Shown: in pieces, positions 40,146-50,353 of the stretch
Position numbering within the stretch: the first letter of the stretch is position 1
How the letters are laid out: every line of letters begins with the position of its first letter
Source of the DNA: Myxococcota bacterium
Lineage (GTDB): Bacteria > Myxococcota_A > UBA9160 > UBA6930
DNA length: 64,000 bases
Direction of reading: 5' to 3'
NCBI GenBank assembly: GCA_965223415.1
Contig: OZ245002.1
Span: 3,520,001 to 3,584,000 of the forward strand
Translations under genes and position numbers: made by a program
The notes under the pieces: model-generated
Databases searched by the model: none
Told to the model about the DNA's origin: nothing
Seen by the model: only the letters and a program-made list of their open reading frames with translations

Positions 40146-41680
40146 GCGCGCCGCCCTCCGGTCTCGTCCGGGTCTTCGCCGAGTACGAGCGGGACTTCAC
40201 CGAAGAGGCCGACGTCGTGGTGGTCGGCTCCGGCCCCTGCGGCGCGGTCGTCGCCTACGAGCTGGCCACCCGGGGCAAGCGCGTGGTCCTGCTCGAGGAA
40301 GGCCCGCCCTTCACGCCCCAGGAGTTCGAGCTCGACGGCGCGCTCTCGATGACCCGCACGATGCGCGAAGCGGGCCTGCGCACGACCCGTGGCACGGTCA
40401 TCCCCACCATGCAGGCGATCGCGCTGGGAGGCGGCTCCCTCGTCAACTCCGCCATCTGCGTTCGACCGCCGGACTTCGTCTTCGAGGGCTGGGAGGAGCA
40501 CTTCGAGCTCAGTGGGACGCGTCGCAAGGATCTGGACCCGCACTTCGACGCGGTCGAGCGCTTCCTCGGCATCGCCCCCACCCCCGACGACGTGCAGGGC
40601 CCCCGCAACCTGCTCTTCCGGGACGGCTGCCGAGCCCTCGGCATCGAGAGCGAACCGATCGCCCGCAATGTGCGCGGTTGTCGCGGTAGCGGCGAGTGCT
40701 TCACCGGCTGCCGCGCCCGTGCGAAGCAGTCGATGGACATCTCCTACGTCCCCGCCGCCATTCGCGCCGGCGCCCGGGTGCTCACGTCGGTGCAGGTGCA
40801 GGAGGTGCTGGCCGACGGCCGCCGCGCCACTGGCGTGCGCGGCCAGGTGGTCGAGCCCTTCACGGGTCGGCGCAGCCATCGCTTCCGCGTCGACGCCAAG
40901 ATGGTCGTGCTGGCTGCCGGCTGCATGGCGACGCCGGTGCTGCTCCAGAAGAGCGGCAACCTGGCGAACGGCTCCGGCCAGGTCGGGCGCAACCTTCAGT
41001 TCCACCCGGGCATCGCGGTGCTGGGCGTCTTCCCGGAGAAGGTCGATCCGGGCTTTGGCGCCACCCAGGGCTATCAGAGCCTGGCCTTCCTGCGCGACGG
41101 CTACAAGCTCGAGACCCTCTGGGCGCCGGCCGCGGTGCTGGCGGTGCGCTTCCCCGGCTTCGGCCACGCGCTGAAGCGCCACCTGGCCGACGTGCCCTAC
41201 GCCGCCAACTGGGACGCCATCGCCAGCTGCCACCGCTCCCTCGGCACGGTGCGGCCCCGGCGCGGCGCCTCCCTGGACCCGGTCCTCCACTGGCGTTTCG
41301 ACGAGGACGACGTGCAGGTGCTCGGTCAGGCGCTCTACCAGATCGCGCGCATCTTCTTCGCCGCCGGCGCCCGCAAGATCCTGCCCGGCGTGCACGGCAT
41401 CCCCGACGAGCTGCACTCCCTCGAGGAGGCGGCCATCTTCCGCACCCGAAGGCTCTCCTCCACCGACTTCGTGTTCGGCGGCAACCACGCCTTCTGCACC
41501 ACCCGCATGCACGGCCGGCCCGAGGGCGGTGTCGTGGACGAGCACGGGCGGGCCCATGAGATGGACGGGCTCTACGTGGTGGACACGGGGATCTTCCCGC
41601 GCTGCAGCTCGGTGAACCCGATGCTGACGGGCCTGGCCCTGGCGCACCGGGCGGCGGGGGCCCTGGCAGAGGAGCTCTGA
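40142..41680 (+). CDS. GMC-family FAD oxidoreductase
   Basis: VVGSGPCG, LGGGSLVN, CRGSGECFTGC, VGRNLQFHP, VNPMLT. Confidence 0.9.
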   Translation: MSAPPSGLVRVFAEYERDFTEEADVVVVGSGPCGAVVAYELATRGKRVVLLEEGPPFTPQEFELDGALSMTRTMREAGLRTTRGTVIPTMQAIALGGGSLVNSAICVRPPDFVFEGWEEHFELSGTRRKDLDPHFDAVERFLGIAPTPDDVQGPRNLLFRDGCRALGIESEPIARNVRGCRGSGECFTGCRARAKQSMDISYVPAAIRAGARVLTSVQVQEVLADGRRATGVRGQVVEPFTGRRSHRFRVDAKMVVLAAGCMATPVLLQKSGNLANGSGQVGRNLQFHPGIAVLGVFPEKVDPGFGATQGYQSLAFLRDGYKLETLWAPAAVLAVRFPGFGHALKRHLADVPYAANWDAIASCHRSLGTVRPRRGASLDPVLHWRFDEDDVQVLGQALYQIARIFFAAGARKILPGVHGIPDELHSLEEAAIFRTRRLSSTDFVFGGNHAFCTTRMHGRPEGGVVDEHGRAHEMDGLYVVDTGIFPRCSSVNPMLTGLALAHRAAGALAEEL

Positions 41681-41764
41681 GGGCCCGCGATCCCCGCGGG
41701 GCGCAAGCCTTCATTTCCAGCCCCGACCTGCCGATACGCCTCCCGGCTCTCCGGGGGGACTGCC

Positions 41765-42082
41765 GTGAAGACGCTCGTTCGCGCCATCCTGATCGCGATG
41801 CTGGCCGCTGGCCCGGCGCTGGCCGCGCCGAAGCCGGTCGGCCGGGAGTGCGTGAAGCTCACCCAGCAGATCAGTCGCTATCAGCGCGACGCCGGCTGGG
41901 CCCGTGAGCGCGAGAACGCCCTGTGGGAGAAGGCCAGCCTCGACCAGATCGAGCGCCTTGCCATCCGCCGTGCCAAGCGCTGCCCGGAGTTCCGCGAGCA
42001 GGAGAGCACGATCGCGCGCCTGGCGGACCTGGCCGTGAAGCTCGGCTCGCTGGCCGCCCGCTACTTCCTGCTCGGCCTCTAG
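41765..42082 (+). CDS. Hypothetical secreted protein
   Basis: Signal peptide ending ALA-A; two Cys. Confidence 0.65.
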   Translation: MKTLVRAILIAMLAAGPALAAPKPVGRECVKLTQQISRYQRDAGWARERENALWEKASLDQIERLAIRRAKRCPEFREQESTIARLADLAVKLGSLAARYFLLGL

Positions 42083-42088
42083 CAAAAG

Positions 42089-42113
42089 CGCAAGGAACGT
42101 CCCCGTTCTTGCG
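42089..42113. repeat. Short hairpin between convergent genes (REP-like or terminator)
   Basis: cgcaaggaacg-tccc-cgttcttgcg. Confidence 0.55.
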
Positions 42114-42120
42114 TTCTCGG

Positions 42121-42519
42121 CTAGCGGGGCCACCAGGCCTGGACGGTGGCGGCGAAGAGGCCGTGGTAGCGGCGGGTGAGGTCGTCGGCGTCGGCGGGGA
42201 CCTCCTGCATGCGCGTCTCGGGGAGCGGAGATGCGCCGGGCATCGGGTCCACCCACTCCAGGTTCACGCTCTCGCACACCTCGCCGAGGCGCGGCGACGC
42301 CGCCTCGTGGTGGTCGCTGGTCTGGTGGCGCAGGAAGGCGTGAAAATCCTCGAAGGCGAGGAGCGCGTAGTAGAAGCCGGGCTCGGCACCGCGCCAGTAC
42401 TCGTAGCGGAGGCAGCCGCTCTCGGCGGCGTGGGTGGCATCGTGGAGCTCCGCCGCGATGGTCTCGAAGTCCTTCTCGCGGCTGGGCTTCACCCGGATGT
42501 GGGCCAGGAGGGTCGCCAT
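42121..42519 (-). CDS. ABM (antibiotic biosynthesis monooxygenase) domain protein
   Basis: ESGCLRYEYW, AFLRHQTSDHH. Confidence 0.8.
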   Translation of the reverse strand: MATLLAHIRVKPSREKDFETIAAELHDATHAAESGCLRYEYWRGAEPGFYYALLAFEDFHAFLRHQTSDHHEAASPRLGEVCESVNLEWVDPMPGASPLPETRMQEVPADADDLTRRYHGLFAATVQAWWPR

Positions 42520-42560
42520 GGGCCCGAGCGTAGCGCTGCAGGTACGGGCCCTGCCGGCCG

Positions 42561-42941
42561 ATGCGGCAGGGGATGCGCTTCCTCGCCTTCGCCGGAACCA
42601 CGCTCGCGGTACTCCTCGGGCTGTTCCTCGCCCTCGCCCTGGTGCTGCCGGTCGGCGAGGCGAGGATCCACGCGGGGCTGATGGCGCTTCCCTGCATGTG
42701 GGCGGCGCGACTGATCCTGGCCCATCGCCGAGGTCGAATCACGAAGCGCCTGCTCTTCCTGGCAACGCCGGGCATCGACACGTCCCTGTCGCTCACGAAC
42801 CCGAGCGTCCTCGACCGGGACAGCCAGCGCTGGGAGTTCAGCAGCTACTTCCTGCGCGAGTGCGCCGTGTGCGCCTTCGCCTGGATCTTCCTCCTCGCCA
42901 ACATGGTGCTTCCCGCCGTCGCCGAGTCGGTTCGCCTCTAG
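42561..42941 (+). CDS. Hypothetical membrane protein
   Basis: About three hydrophobic segments; stop TAG lies in the IS target CTAG. Confidence 0.55.
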   Translation: MRQGMRFLAFAGTTLAVLLGLFLALALVLPVGEARIHAGLMALPCMWAARLILAHRRGRITKRLLFLATPGIDTSLSLTNPSVLDRDSQRWEFSSYFLRECAVCAFAWIFLLANMVLPAVAESVRL

Positions 42942-44232
42942 CAGGCTGCGGAAGAACGCCGATGGTACGCAGAGAACGGTGCCTTGGAGGCGCTTTGGCT
43001 AGGAAAGGAGCGCGGAATCGAGGCCTTGCCGCCGGTTGACGCCCGGCTCGCTGCCAACGGGGCCCTCCACTCGACCCGACAAGCTACGTGGGGCATAGCA
43101 GGTTCCTCATCCTCACAAGGTTGTAGGCCGCCTGGGTGAACGTGAACATCCAGCCCACCCGCTCCTTGCCGCGATGCTTCACCTTGCGAATCGGGCCTAC
43201 CGTCTTCCCCCAGCCGAAGACCTGCTCGATCGCCTTGCGTTTGCGCTGGCTGATCTCGTAGCCCACGTGCGTCGTCGTTCGATCATCGATCGCGCTGCGG
43301 CGGCCCTTGTCGTTCTGCGCAACGTGCGGGGTCACGCCCAGCTCTCGAAGCTCTTCGACATGCGACACCGTGTCGTAGCCCTTGTCTCCGCCCAACGTCG
43401 ATCGCCGTCCGCGTGGCACCCGCTTCACCATCGCCACCGAGGCCTCGCGCTCCGCCGTGCCCGTGGCCAGCGTCGTCTTGGCCGCCACCACCAGGCCATG
43501 CCGGTTCTCCGTCACCACGTGGCCCATGAAGCACAGCTTCGCTTCCTTCCCCTTCCCCTTGCGGTAGAGCCGGGACTCCGGGTCCGTCGTCGAGGCGTGC
43601 GTGTCGTTCTTCCTACGCTCACCGTGGAAGTCCCGCTCCGTCGCCTTCCGTCCACCCCCGCGGCCGCCCCGGTCCTCGTCCTTCGGCCGAAAGCTCTTCT
43701 GCCCCGCCCATGCCTCGATCAGCGTGCCGTCCACCGTGAAGTGCTCGTCCGACAGAAGCCCCTCCTCGCGGGCCTCCGCCAACACGGCCTGAAAGAACCC
43801 CTCCGCGATCTCTCCCCGAAGCAACCGATCCCGATTCTTCGTGAACACCGTCACGTCCCAGACCCGGTCGTCCATCTCGAGCCCCACGAACCAGCGGAAC
43901 AGCAGGTTGTACTCGAGCTGCTCCATCAGCATCCGCTCGCTTCGCACCGAGTAGAGCACCTGCAGCAGCAGGGCCCGCAACAGGTGCTCGGGCGGAATCG
44001 ACGGCCGACCCGTCCGCGAGTACAGCTTCCGCAACCTCCCGTCCAGCCGGACCAGGGCGCGATTCGTCATCTCCCGCGTCACGCGCAGTGGATGATCGGC
44101 GGGGACACGCGCCTCCGGCGACACGTAGCTGAACATCGTGGACTGCGTTCGATCGGTTCCGCGCATCTCCATCCCCCCGGTATGCCTGTACCAACCGATT
44201 CGACCCGTCGCACGGGGTTTTTCCGCAGCCTG
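42942..44232 (-). mobile_element. IS5-family insertion sequence with 16-bp IRs (15/16 match) and CTAG target duplication
   Basis: caggctgcggaagaac / gtttttccgcagcctg; CTAG at 42938-42941 and 44233-44236. Confidence 0.93.
43084..44172 (-). CDS. IS5-family DDE transposase
   Basis: GRPSIPPE, YNLLFRWF, VDGTLI, GDKGYD, RKAIEQVFG. Confidence 0.95.
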   Translation of the reverse strand: MEMRGTDRTQSTMFSYVSPEARVPADHPLRVTREMTNRALVRLDGRLRKLYSRTGRPSIPPEHLLRALLLQVLYSVRSERMLMEQLEYNLLFRWFVGLEMDDRVWDVTVFTKNRDRLLRGEIAEGFFQAVLAEAREEGLLSDEHFTVDGTLIEAWAGQKSFRPKDEDRGGRGGGRKATERDFHGERRKNDTHASTTDPESRLYRKGKGKEAKLCFMGHVVTENRHGLVVAAKTTLATGTAEREASVAMVKRVPRGRRSTLGGDKGYDTVSHVEELRELGVTPHVAQNDKGRRSAIDDRTTTHVGYEISQRKRKAIEQVFGWGKTVGPIRKVKHRGKERVGWMFTFTQAAYNLVRMRNLLCPT

Positions 44233-44362
44233 CTAGGGCACGCGACCCGTACGCAAGAAGCTGCGGAAGTCCCCGTGTCCAATCACGGTTTCCTCTTCCC
44301 GCTCTCGAGATTCCGGCGCAGCGCCCTGGGCGAGCGCATCGCCGGCGCCCCGGCGGAGACCG

Positions 44363-44749
44363 ATGAGCGAGGCGGGCCTGGCCGCGCGTCCGACGCCGAA
44401 GGCGCCTCGGACGCGTGCTCGCATCCTCGGCGCCTCGCTCGGGCTCTTCCAGGAAAGGGCTTCCACGAGACGTCGATGCGGGACATCGCCTCCGCGGCGG
44501 GCCTCTCCCTGGGCGCCATCGAGGAGCGCATCCGCACGCTCCTCGCGATGCGCCTCGAGCACCTCGCGCCCTACCACCTACGGGGCTTCCTCTCGGGCCT
44601 CGCGCACCGCGCGCATCACCGAGCAGAGCCTCTCGCTGCTCGGCAGCCTGCTCGCGCTGACCGCCGCACCCATTCCGGGCCTGGGTCGCGTGGTCGAGCT
44701 GGTCGACCAGCTCGTCGAGTCGGTGATGGCGATCGGCGACGGGAGCTAG
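44363..44749 (+). pseudogene. Degraded TetR-family regulator
   Basis: RTRARILGASLGLFQE shifts frame to GFHETSMRDIASAAGLSLGA; rest of the HTH is missing. Confidence 0.72.
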
Positions 44750-46761
44750 CTGCCCGGCCGGTACTGGATCGGCGACGACCAGGCGCGCTCCTGCAGGGTC
44801 GCCGGAAGGTCCGAGCGCGGCGGGACGCCGCTGCGGATCGCGTCCCAGGTGGACCAGCGGCAGGTGGGGTTCTCGAGCACGCGGGCGTAGTAGAAGGCCC
44901 GCTCGCCGGCGTCGAAGTCGGGATCCCGCCAGAGGGCGCGGAGCTGCGTGTCGCCCTCCGCCGGCGCGTAGGAGCAATCCGAGACGTCGACGCTCGCGCC
45001 GTTCGCCGGGCAGCGACGGGTCGCCGGGTCGACGGCGGCGCCGCCGGCGCAGGCCACGTCGTGGACGACCTCGTGAGTGTCGCCGGCGGCATCGATCCAG
45101 CCCTTGACGATCTGCAGGCGCTGGAGCGGGGCGCTCAGCGGATCGCCGAGGGCCCAGACCAGGAAGCGCGGCGTCTCGCCGCCGCTACCCGGCAGCTCGC
45201 CCCCCATGCTCACGCCGGAGGCGTAGGCCCGGGAGACGGCGTCCCGAGCATCGAGGATCCGATCCGAGAAGTCGTAGCCGGCGAAGAAGCGCAGGCGGAT
45301 GCGCGGGCCCGAGGTGGCGAAGGTCTCCTTGCGGCGGAAGGCCTCGTAGATCGCCGCCCGGGTGTTCTCCTCCGCCCACACGCCGGCCACGCCGGAGGCG
45401 CCGTAGGTGGACGTCGCGCTGTGGAGGTAGGTCTCGCCGTCCACCTCCTTGCGCATCTGTGGCGCGCCGAACCGGGTGAACACGTCCTGGACGAGGCCCA
45501 TCGGCACGGAGCCGCGCAGCTCCGGCGTGGCGTCCAGCAGGCCCACCTTCGAGAAGAAGTTGGACTCGTCGTCCGACATCGCGGCGGTGTGCGTATCGCT
45601 CGCGGCGACGAAGCCGAAGGCGTAGGGGTTGGTGATGCCCTGTCGCTCGAGGGCGAGCCCGCGGCGCAGGGCGTCGCGCACGTAGCTCCCGGCGGGCTCG
45701 CTCGGCTGCATGGTGGCGACCCGGTAGGGCATGATCTCGAAGTCCGCCCACTCGTCGGTGGTCGAGAGTGCCGGGTGGGTCTCGGAGGTTCCCTTCACCT
45801 GGGTGATCTCGACCAGCGGCTCGTTGCGGATGCGCTGGCGGGCGTAGTCGTCGTCCATCGGGTCGCCGGCCCAGTCGACCAGCTTGAACATCTGGCCATT
45901 CGAGCCGTTCGAGTTGTGGGGGATCGCCAGGCTCTCGATGCCGCGCTGCCGGAGGCCGTCCATCCAGTCCCACAGGCCCTCCGGGTTCTGGGAGTGGAAG
46001 CGCGAGAAGGGCACCGCCGGCAGGCGCTCGCTGCCCTTGAAGATCACGTTGCGGTGCAGGTTGCCGCGGTCGTCGCTGGAGGTGGTGTACTCGTAGGCGA
46101 CGAAGGTGGTGAAGCGGCCGGGCTCGTTGAAGAGCTCGGCGGCGTCGATCGAATCCTTCCAGGCGGAACGCGCGATGTCCAGCACCATCTCCCGGTCGAC
46201 CGTCCCGTCCTGGATGCCGCTGACGGCGTTCGTCAGGAAGGACCCGAAGGCCTGGAGACGGCCCGGCAGGCTCGAGACGTCGCGGTTGTCCGGCCCGTTC
46301 AGATCGTGGAGTGGCTCGTTGAAGCCCAGCCTGGATAACTCCGTCGAGGTGTCGGCCGCCGCACGAACCGCGCCGAGGAACATGGCGTGGTCCGTGACCG
46401 CGTAGAAGTCCAGCGGCTGCCGAAGCGTCACGTCGAAGCCGGCCGGGTGCTGGATCGTCTCGCCCTTCGCATAGCGGTAGGCGTCGTAGGGAGTGGCGAG
46501 GGTGCCGAACACGAAGGCGTCGAAGGAGTAGGTGGTGTGGACGTGGAGATCCCCGAAGTAGGCGTTGCGGTCCGGGTTCGCCGGCGGGCGCAGGGTGAGG
46601 ACCTGGTCGTCGGTCTCGAAGACCGCTCCGCCCGGCAGCGCGTTGCGGTACTGGGTATCGGCTCCGGTCTCGGCGGCCGGCGCCGGCTCGCTGTCCTCGG
46701 AGCAGCCCGCGCCGAAGAGGAGGAGGAGGGTCCCCGCGAGGATCGTGCAGCGCTTCATCAT
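44746..46761 (-). CDS. DUF3604-family (PHP-like metallohydrolase) lipoprotein
   Basis: Lipobox GAGC; YFGDLHVHT, TDHA, NLHRNVIF, QERAWSSPI. Confidence 0.87.
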   Translation of the reverse strand: MMKRCTILAGTLLLLFGAGCSEDSEPAPAAETGADTQYRNALPGGAVFETDDQVLTLRPPANPDRNAYFGDLHVHTTYSFDAFVFGTLATPYDAYRYAKGETIQHPAGFDVTLRQPLDFYAVTDHAMFLGAVRAAADTSTELSRLGFNEPLHDLNGPDNRDVSSLPGRLQAFGSFLTNAVSGIQDGTVDREMVLDIARSAWKDSIDAAELFNEPGRFTTFVAYEYTTSSDDRGNLHRNVIFKGSERLPAVPFSRFHSQNPEGLWDWMDGLRQRGIESLAIPHNSNGSNGQMFKLVDWAGDPMDDDYARQRIRNEPLVEITQVKGTSETHPALSTTDEWADFEIMPYRVATMQPSEPAGSYVRDALRRGLALERQGITNPYAFGFVAASDTHTAAMSDDESNFFSKVGLLDATPELRGSVPMGLVQDVFTRFGAPQMRKEVDGETYLHSATSTYGASGVAGVWAEENTRAAIYEAFRRKETFATSGPRIRLRFFAGYDFSDRILDARDAVSRAYASGVSMGGELPGSGGETPRFLVWALGDPLSAPLQRLQIVKGWIDAAGDTHEVVHDVACAGGAAVDPATRRCPANGASVDVSDCSYAPAEGDTQLRALWRDPDFDAGERAFYYARVLENPTCRWSTWDAIRSGVPPRSDLPATLQERAWSSPIQYRPGS

Positions 46762-47894
46762 CAGGAGAGCCCCTTGCCCGGGTTGACGAGCACCTTCTCG
46801 CCCGTGGCCTGCCGGCGGTAGGCGCGGGCCGTCTCCGGGTCGAGAGCCTCGGCCAGGGAGACCTCCTTCGTGTAGTGGCTCGCGAAGGTGGTCTGGATCT
46901 CCCGGGCGACGCGCTCGCGCAGCTCCTGGCCGCGCTCGCGGCCGACCCGCTGCAGGAAGGGCGGGAGCAGCCAGCCGCCGATGCCCCAGGCCATTCCGAA
47001 GCCGCGGTGGAACTCGGTGGGAGACGGGTCGAGGCCGCCGTAGATGTACACCTGTTTGTGGACGTTCGACCCATAGCGGGTGAACTCCGTGGCCGTGCGG
47101 CTGGCGGCGCGCTCCATGCAGGTCAGGATCTGGCCGGCCTGGCGCCCGCCGCCGATCGCGTCGAAGGCGAGGGTCGCGCCGGTCTCCACCAGTGCCTCGG
47201 TGAGATCGTCGAGGAACGAGTCCGCGCTCGAACTCACCACCTGCTTCGCACCGAGTCCCCGGAGCAGCTCCGCCTGCTCGGGTCGTCGCACGACGTTCAC
47301 GAGGGGCACGTCGTCGGCGCGGCACAGCTTGACGAGCATCTGGCCCAGGTTGGAGGCGGCGGCGGTGTGGACCAGCCCGGTGTGCCCCTCCATGCGCATG
47401 GTCTCGACCATGCCGAGGGCGGTGAGCGGGTTCACGAAGCAGGAGGCGCCCTCCGCCGGCTTCGTACCCTCGGGCAGCGGCAGGACGAAGGCGGCGGGGA
47501 GACAGCGCAGCTGCGCGTAGGTCGGGCCCCCGAAGATCGCGACCGTCCGGCCGAGGAGCGCCTGGGCCGCCTGCGAGCTGCCCGCCTCGATCACGACTCC
47601 GGCCCCTTCGTTGCCGACGGGCATCGCCTGTTCCAGGCGGGCGGCCGCGAGCTTCACCAACGCCGGCGGCACCTGGGCCGTCAGCACGGGACGCTCGGGC
47701 GTTCCCTCGCGCTTCGCGGTGGCGAGGTCCGCCCCCGCCAGTAGGAGACCCAGGTCGGAGGGATTGATGGGCGCCGCCTCGACCCGCACGAGCACGTCGT
47801 CCGGGCCCGGTGCGGGAACCTCGACCTCCGCGAGGGACACCTCGAGGACGCCTTCGCGGCGGAGCGTCGACTGCATCTGGAGACCGGTGGGCAT
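46761..47894 (-). CDS. MDR-family (zinc-type) NAD(P)H oxidoreductase
   Basis: AAPINPSD, GNEGAG, HTAAASNLG. Confidence 0.87.
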   Translation of the reverse strand: MPTGLQMQSTLRREGVLEVSLAEVEVPAPGPDDVLVRVEAAPINPSDLGLLLAGADLATAKREGTPERPVLTAQVPPALVKLAAARLEQAMPVGNEGAGVVIEAGSSQAAQALLGRTVAIFGGPTYAQLRCLPAAFVLPLPEGTKPAEGASCFVNPLTALGMVETMRMEGHTGLVHTAAASNLGQMLVKLCRADDVPLVNVVRRPEQAELLRGLGAKQVVSSSADSFLDDLTEALVETGATLAFDAIGGGRQAGQILTCMERAASRTATEFTRYGSNVHKQVYIYGGLDPSPTEFHRGFGMAWGIGGWLLPPFLQRVGRERGQELRERVAREIQTTFASHYTKEVSLAEALDPETARAYRRQATGEKVLVNPGKGLS

Positions 47895-47945
47895 GGCGCA
47901 CTCCTGGGACGAGAAGGGCGCTCAGTATGCCACGCCTCCGGCGCG

Positions 47946-49094
47946 TCAGTGGGGAAGGGTCAAACCGTAGATCCGCGCGGCGTTCTCGTACAGGAGCTTG
48001 CGCTGCACCCGCGGCTCGAGGCCGCCCAGGCTCGCCTGGATGTGCTCCTTCACGCCCGGGTAGAGACAGGTGGCGTGGGGGAAGTCCGTCTCGAACATCA
48101 GGTTGTCTTCGCCGAGCCGGGCGATCGCGTCCGTCGGGTCCTTCTCGAACCAGAAGGAGCCGTGGATCTGGCGCCGGAAGTACTCGCTCGGCAGCAGCTC
48201 GAGGTCGGTCACGCCGTTCTCGTGGTACTGGTAATCAAGGCTCTCGAGCAGGAAGGGGAGCCAGCCTATGCCGCTCTCCACCGACACGAACTGCAGCCGC
48301 GGGAAGCGGTCGAGGAGCCCGCTGTAGATCAGGTTGGTGAGGCAGGCCATGTTGCCCATCTGGGCCATCGTCGAGAGCGCGGCGAACAGCCGCGCCGGCG
48401 GGTAGCTCGCCCAGACCCGCGGCGTGATCAGCCCCGCGCCGATGTGGAAGTTCACGGGGATACCGCGCTGCTGGGCGGCGTCCCAGAGCGGATCCCACTG
48501 GGGATCGCAGAGCGGCGTCAGGCCCCAGCTCTCGGTGGCGTCGGTGATCACGAAACCGGTCAGTCCGAGCTCGTCCTGGCATCGCTCCAGCTCGCGCACG
48601 GCGGCGGGCACGTCCCAGAAGGGCAACATCGCCTGGGGGTAGAGACGCCCCTTGCCCTCCGCCTGCATCTCGCCGCAGGCGTCGTTGTAGGCGGTGACGC
48701 AGAAGCTCCGGTGCGTCTCGTCCTCCACCCGCATCACACCGCTGCCCGCGAAGCCCAGCACGTTCGGGTAGACGATCTGGACCGTAAGCCCGTGCTCGTC
48801 CATGTAGTCGAGGCGCTCCGGAACGCGGATCGCACCCGGGTGCACCTCGTCGTAGGTGTCGAAGGCGATCATGCCCTGGCTCTTGCTGCCGTCTGGGCGG
48901 ATCGAGCAGTAGCCGACGGAGCCCATCACCTGGCCGTCCTCGATCACCCACTGCTCCACGCCGCGCTCGTTGCGCTCCACGCGGAGGGTGCGGTCCTTGA
49001 GGCTCGCGGGGGCCCGGGAGGTCCACAGGTCGGCGGGCTCGGTCCAGTGGGAGTCCACGTCGATGACGGGCAGCTGGGCCAGGGCTTCGGACAT
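47946..49094 (-). CDS. Amidohydrolase_2 family protein
   Basis: DVDSH, NFHIG, SVESGIGW, FETDFPH. Confidence 0.88.
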   Translation of the reverse strand: MSEALAQLPVIDVDSHWTEPADLWTSRAPASLKDRTLRVERNERGVEQWVIEDGQVMGSVGYCSIRPDGSKSQGMIAFDTYDEVHPGAIRVPERLDYMDEHGLTVQIVYPNVLGFAGSGVMRVEDETHRSFCVTAYNDACGEMQAEGKGRLYPQAMLPFWDVPAAVRELERCQDELGLTGFVITDATESWGLTPLCDPQWDPLWDAAQQRGIPVNFHIGAGLITPRVWASYPPARLFAALSTMAQMGNMACLTNLIYSGLLDRFPRLQFVSVESGIGWLPFLLESLDYQYHENGVTDLELLPSEYFRRQIHGSFWFEKDPTDAIARLGEDNLMFETDFPHATCLYPGVKEHIQASLGGLEPRVQRKLLYENAARIYGLTLPH

Positions 49095-49113
49095 ACGGGC
49101 GTCCTCCCGGGGT

Positions 49114-50292
49114 TCAGTCGACACCATAGACGCGGGCGGCGTTGTGGTGCAGGAGCTTGCCGGCCACGTCTCGGGGCAGCTTCTCCAGCGCCCGGGCGGC
49201 GTACTCCCGCGGCGGCACCGCCGGTGTCGCCGGGCCCGGGGACATCGACGTCGGGTGCGGGAAGTCCGTCTCGTAGAGCACGTTGTCCGGGTAGCGCTCC
49301 ACCGCCGGGGTGAGCATCTCGCGCTCGAACCAGAAGCAGGCGTAGACCTGCCGGCGGAAGTACTCGCTCGGAATCAGCTCGTACTCCAGGTGCTCGCGGC
49401 GGACGCCGACGTTTTCCCACTGCCAGTCGAGGGCCTCGAGGAGCCCGGGGATCCAGCTCACCCCGCTCTCGACGGAGACGAAGTCGAGCTCCGGGAAGCG
49501 GTGGCACACCCCCCCGCAGATGATCTCGCTGATCCCGAGCCCGTTGCCGATGAAGGCCAGGGCCGAGAGCCGCGCGAAGTGGGCGTGGATGCCCATCTCG
49601 GCCTTGTCCACGAAGGGATGTCCGTCGGAGGCGCCGAGCCACTCCTGGCTTCCGATGTGGAAGCTGATCGGTAGCCCGGCCTCCTGGGCGACGGACCAGA
49701 CCGGGTCCCAGTCCCGGTGGGCCAGTGGCGCAAAGCCGAAGTCCTGGGGCTGGCTCGGGAAGAGGACCGACTTGTGTCCCTTGGCGATGCAGCGCTCGAT
49801 CTCTCGCACGCTCGCCTCGACGTCCCAGAAGGGGAGGGCGGTGACGGGCAGCAGGCGGTTAGGGGCGGCACTCGCCCAATCGCTCAGGAAGTCGTTGTAG
49901 GCGCGCACGCAGGCGAGCATGAGCGCCTCGTCCTTCATCTGCAGGAAGGACTGGGAGCCGAAGCCGCCGACGTTCGGGTACAGCACCTCGGCCCAGATGC
50001 CGTCGGCGTCCATCCGCTCGATGCGCGCCGCCGGGTCGTAGCCCGCCGGGTCGCACTCCTCGTAGGTTGCGGGGAACTCGGTGGGCGGCCGGCCGTCGTA
50101 GCCCGCCATCGTCACCAGGCCGGGGCCGAGCGTGGGCTGGCCGTCGACGACCCACGTGTCGACGCCCTGGATGCGCTCGATGCGCGGCGCCCGGTCGGCG
50201 AACTTGGCGGGAACCCTCGAGGTCCAGGTGTCCGCCGGCTCGGTCACGTGGGTGTCGACGTCGATGACGCGGAATTCGTCGAAGAGATCCAT
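49114..50292 (-). CDS. Amidohydrolase_2 family protein (tandem paralog)
   Basis: DVDTH, SFHIG, SVESGVSW, YETDFPH. Confidence 0.88.
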   Translation of the reverse strand: MDLFDEFRVIDVDTHVTEPADTWTSRVPAKFADRAPRIERIQGVDTWVVDGQPTLGPGLVTMAGYDGRPPTEFPATYEECDPAGYDPAARIERMDADGIWAEVLYPNVGGFGSQSFLQMKDEALMLACVRAYNDFLSDWASAAPNRLLPVTALPFWDVEASVREIERCIAKGHKSVLFPSQPQDFGFAPLAHRDWDPVWSVAQEAGLPISFHIGSQEWLGASDGHPFVDKAEMGIHAHFARLSALAFIGNGLGISEIICGGVCHRFPELDFVSVESGVSWIPGLLEALDWQWENVGVRREHLEYELIPSEYFRRQVYACFWFEREMLTPAVERYPDNVLYETDFPHPTSMSPGPATPAVPPREYAARALEKLPRDVAGKLLHHNAARVYGVD

Positions 50293-50353
50293 CGCTACCT
50301 CCGGGGAGACGATACCGCGCTCGTGCGAGGCCGGCTCTGGAGCCGGCCGGCCG

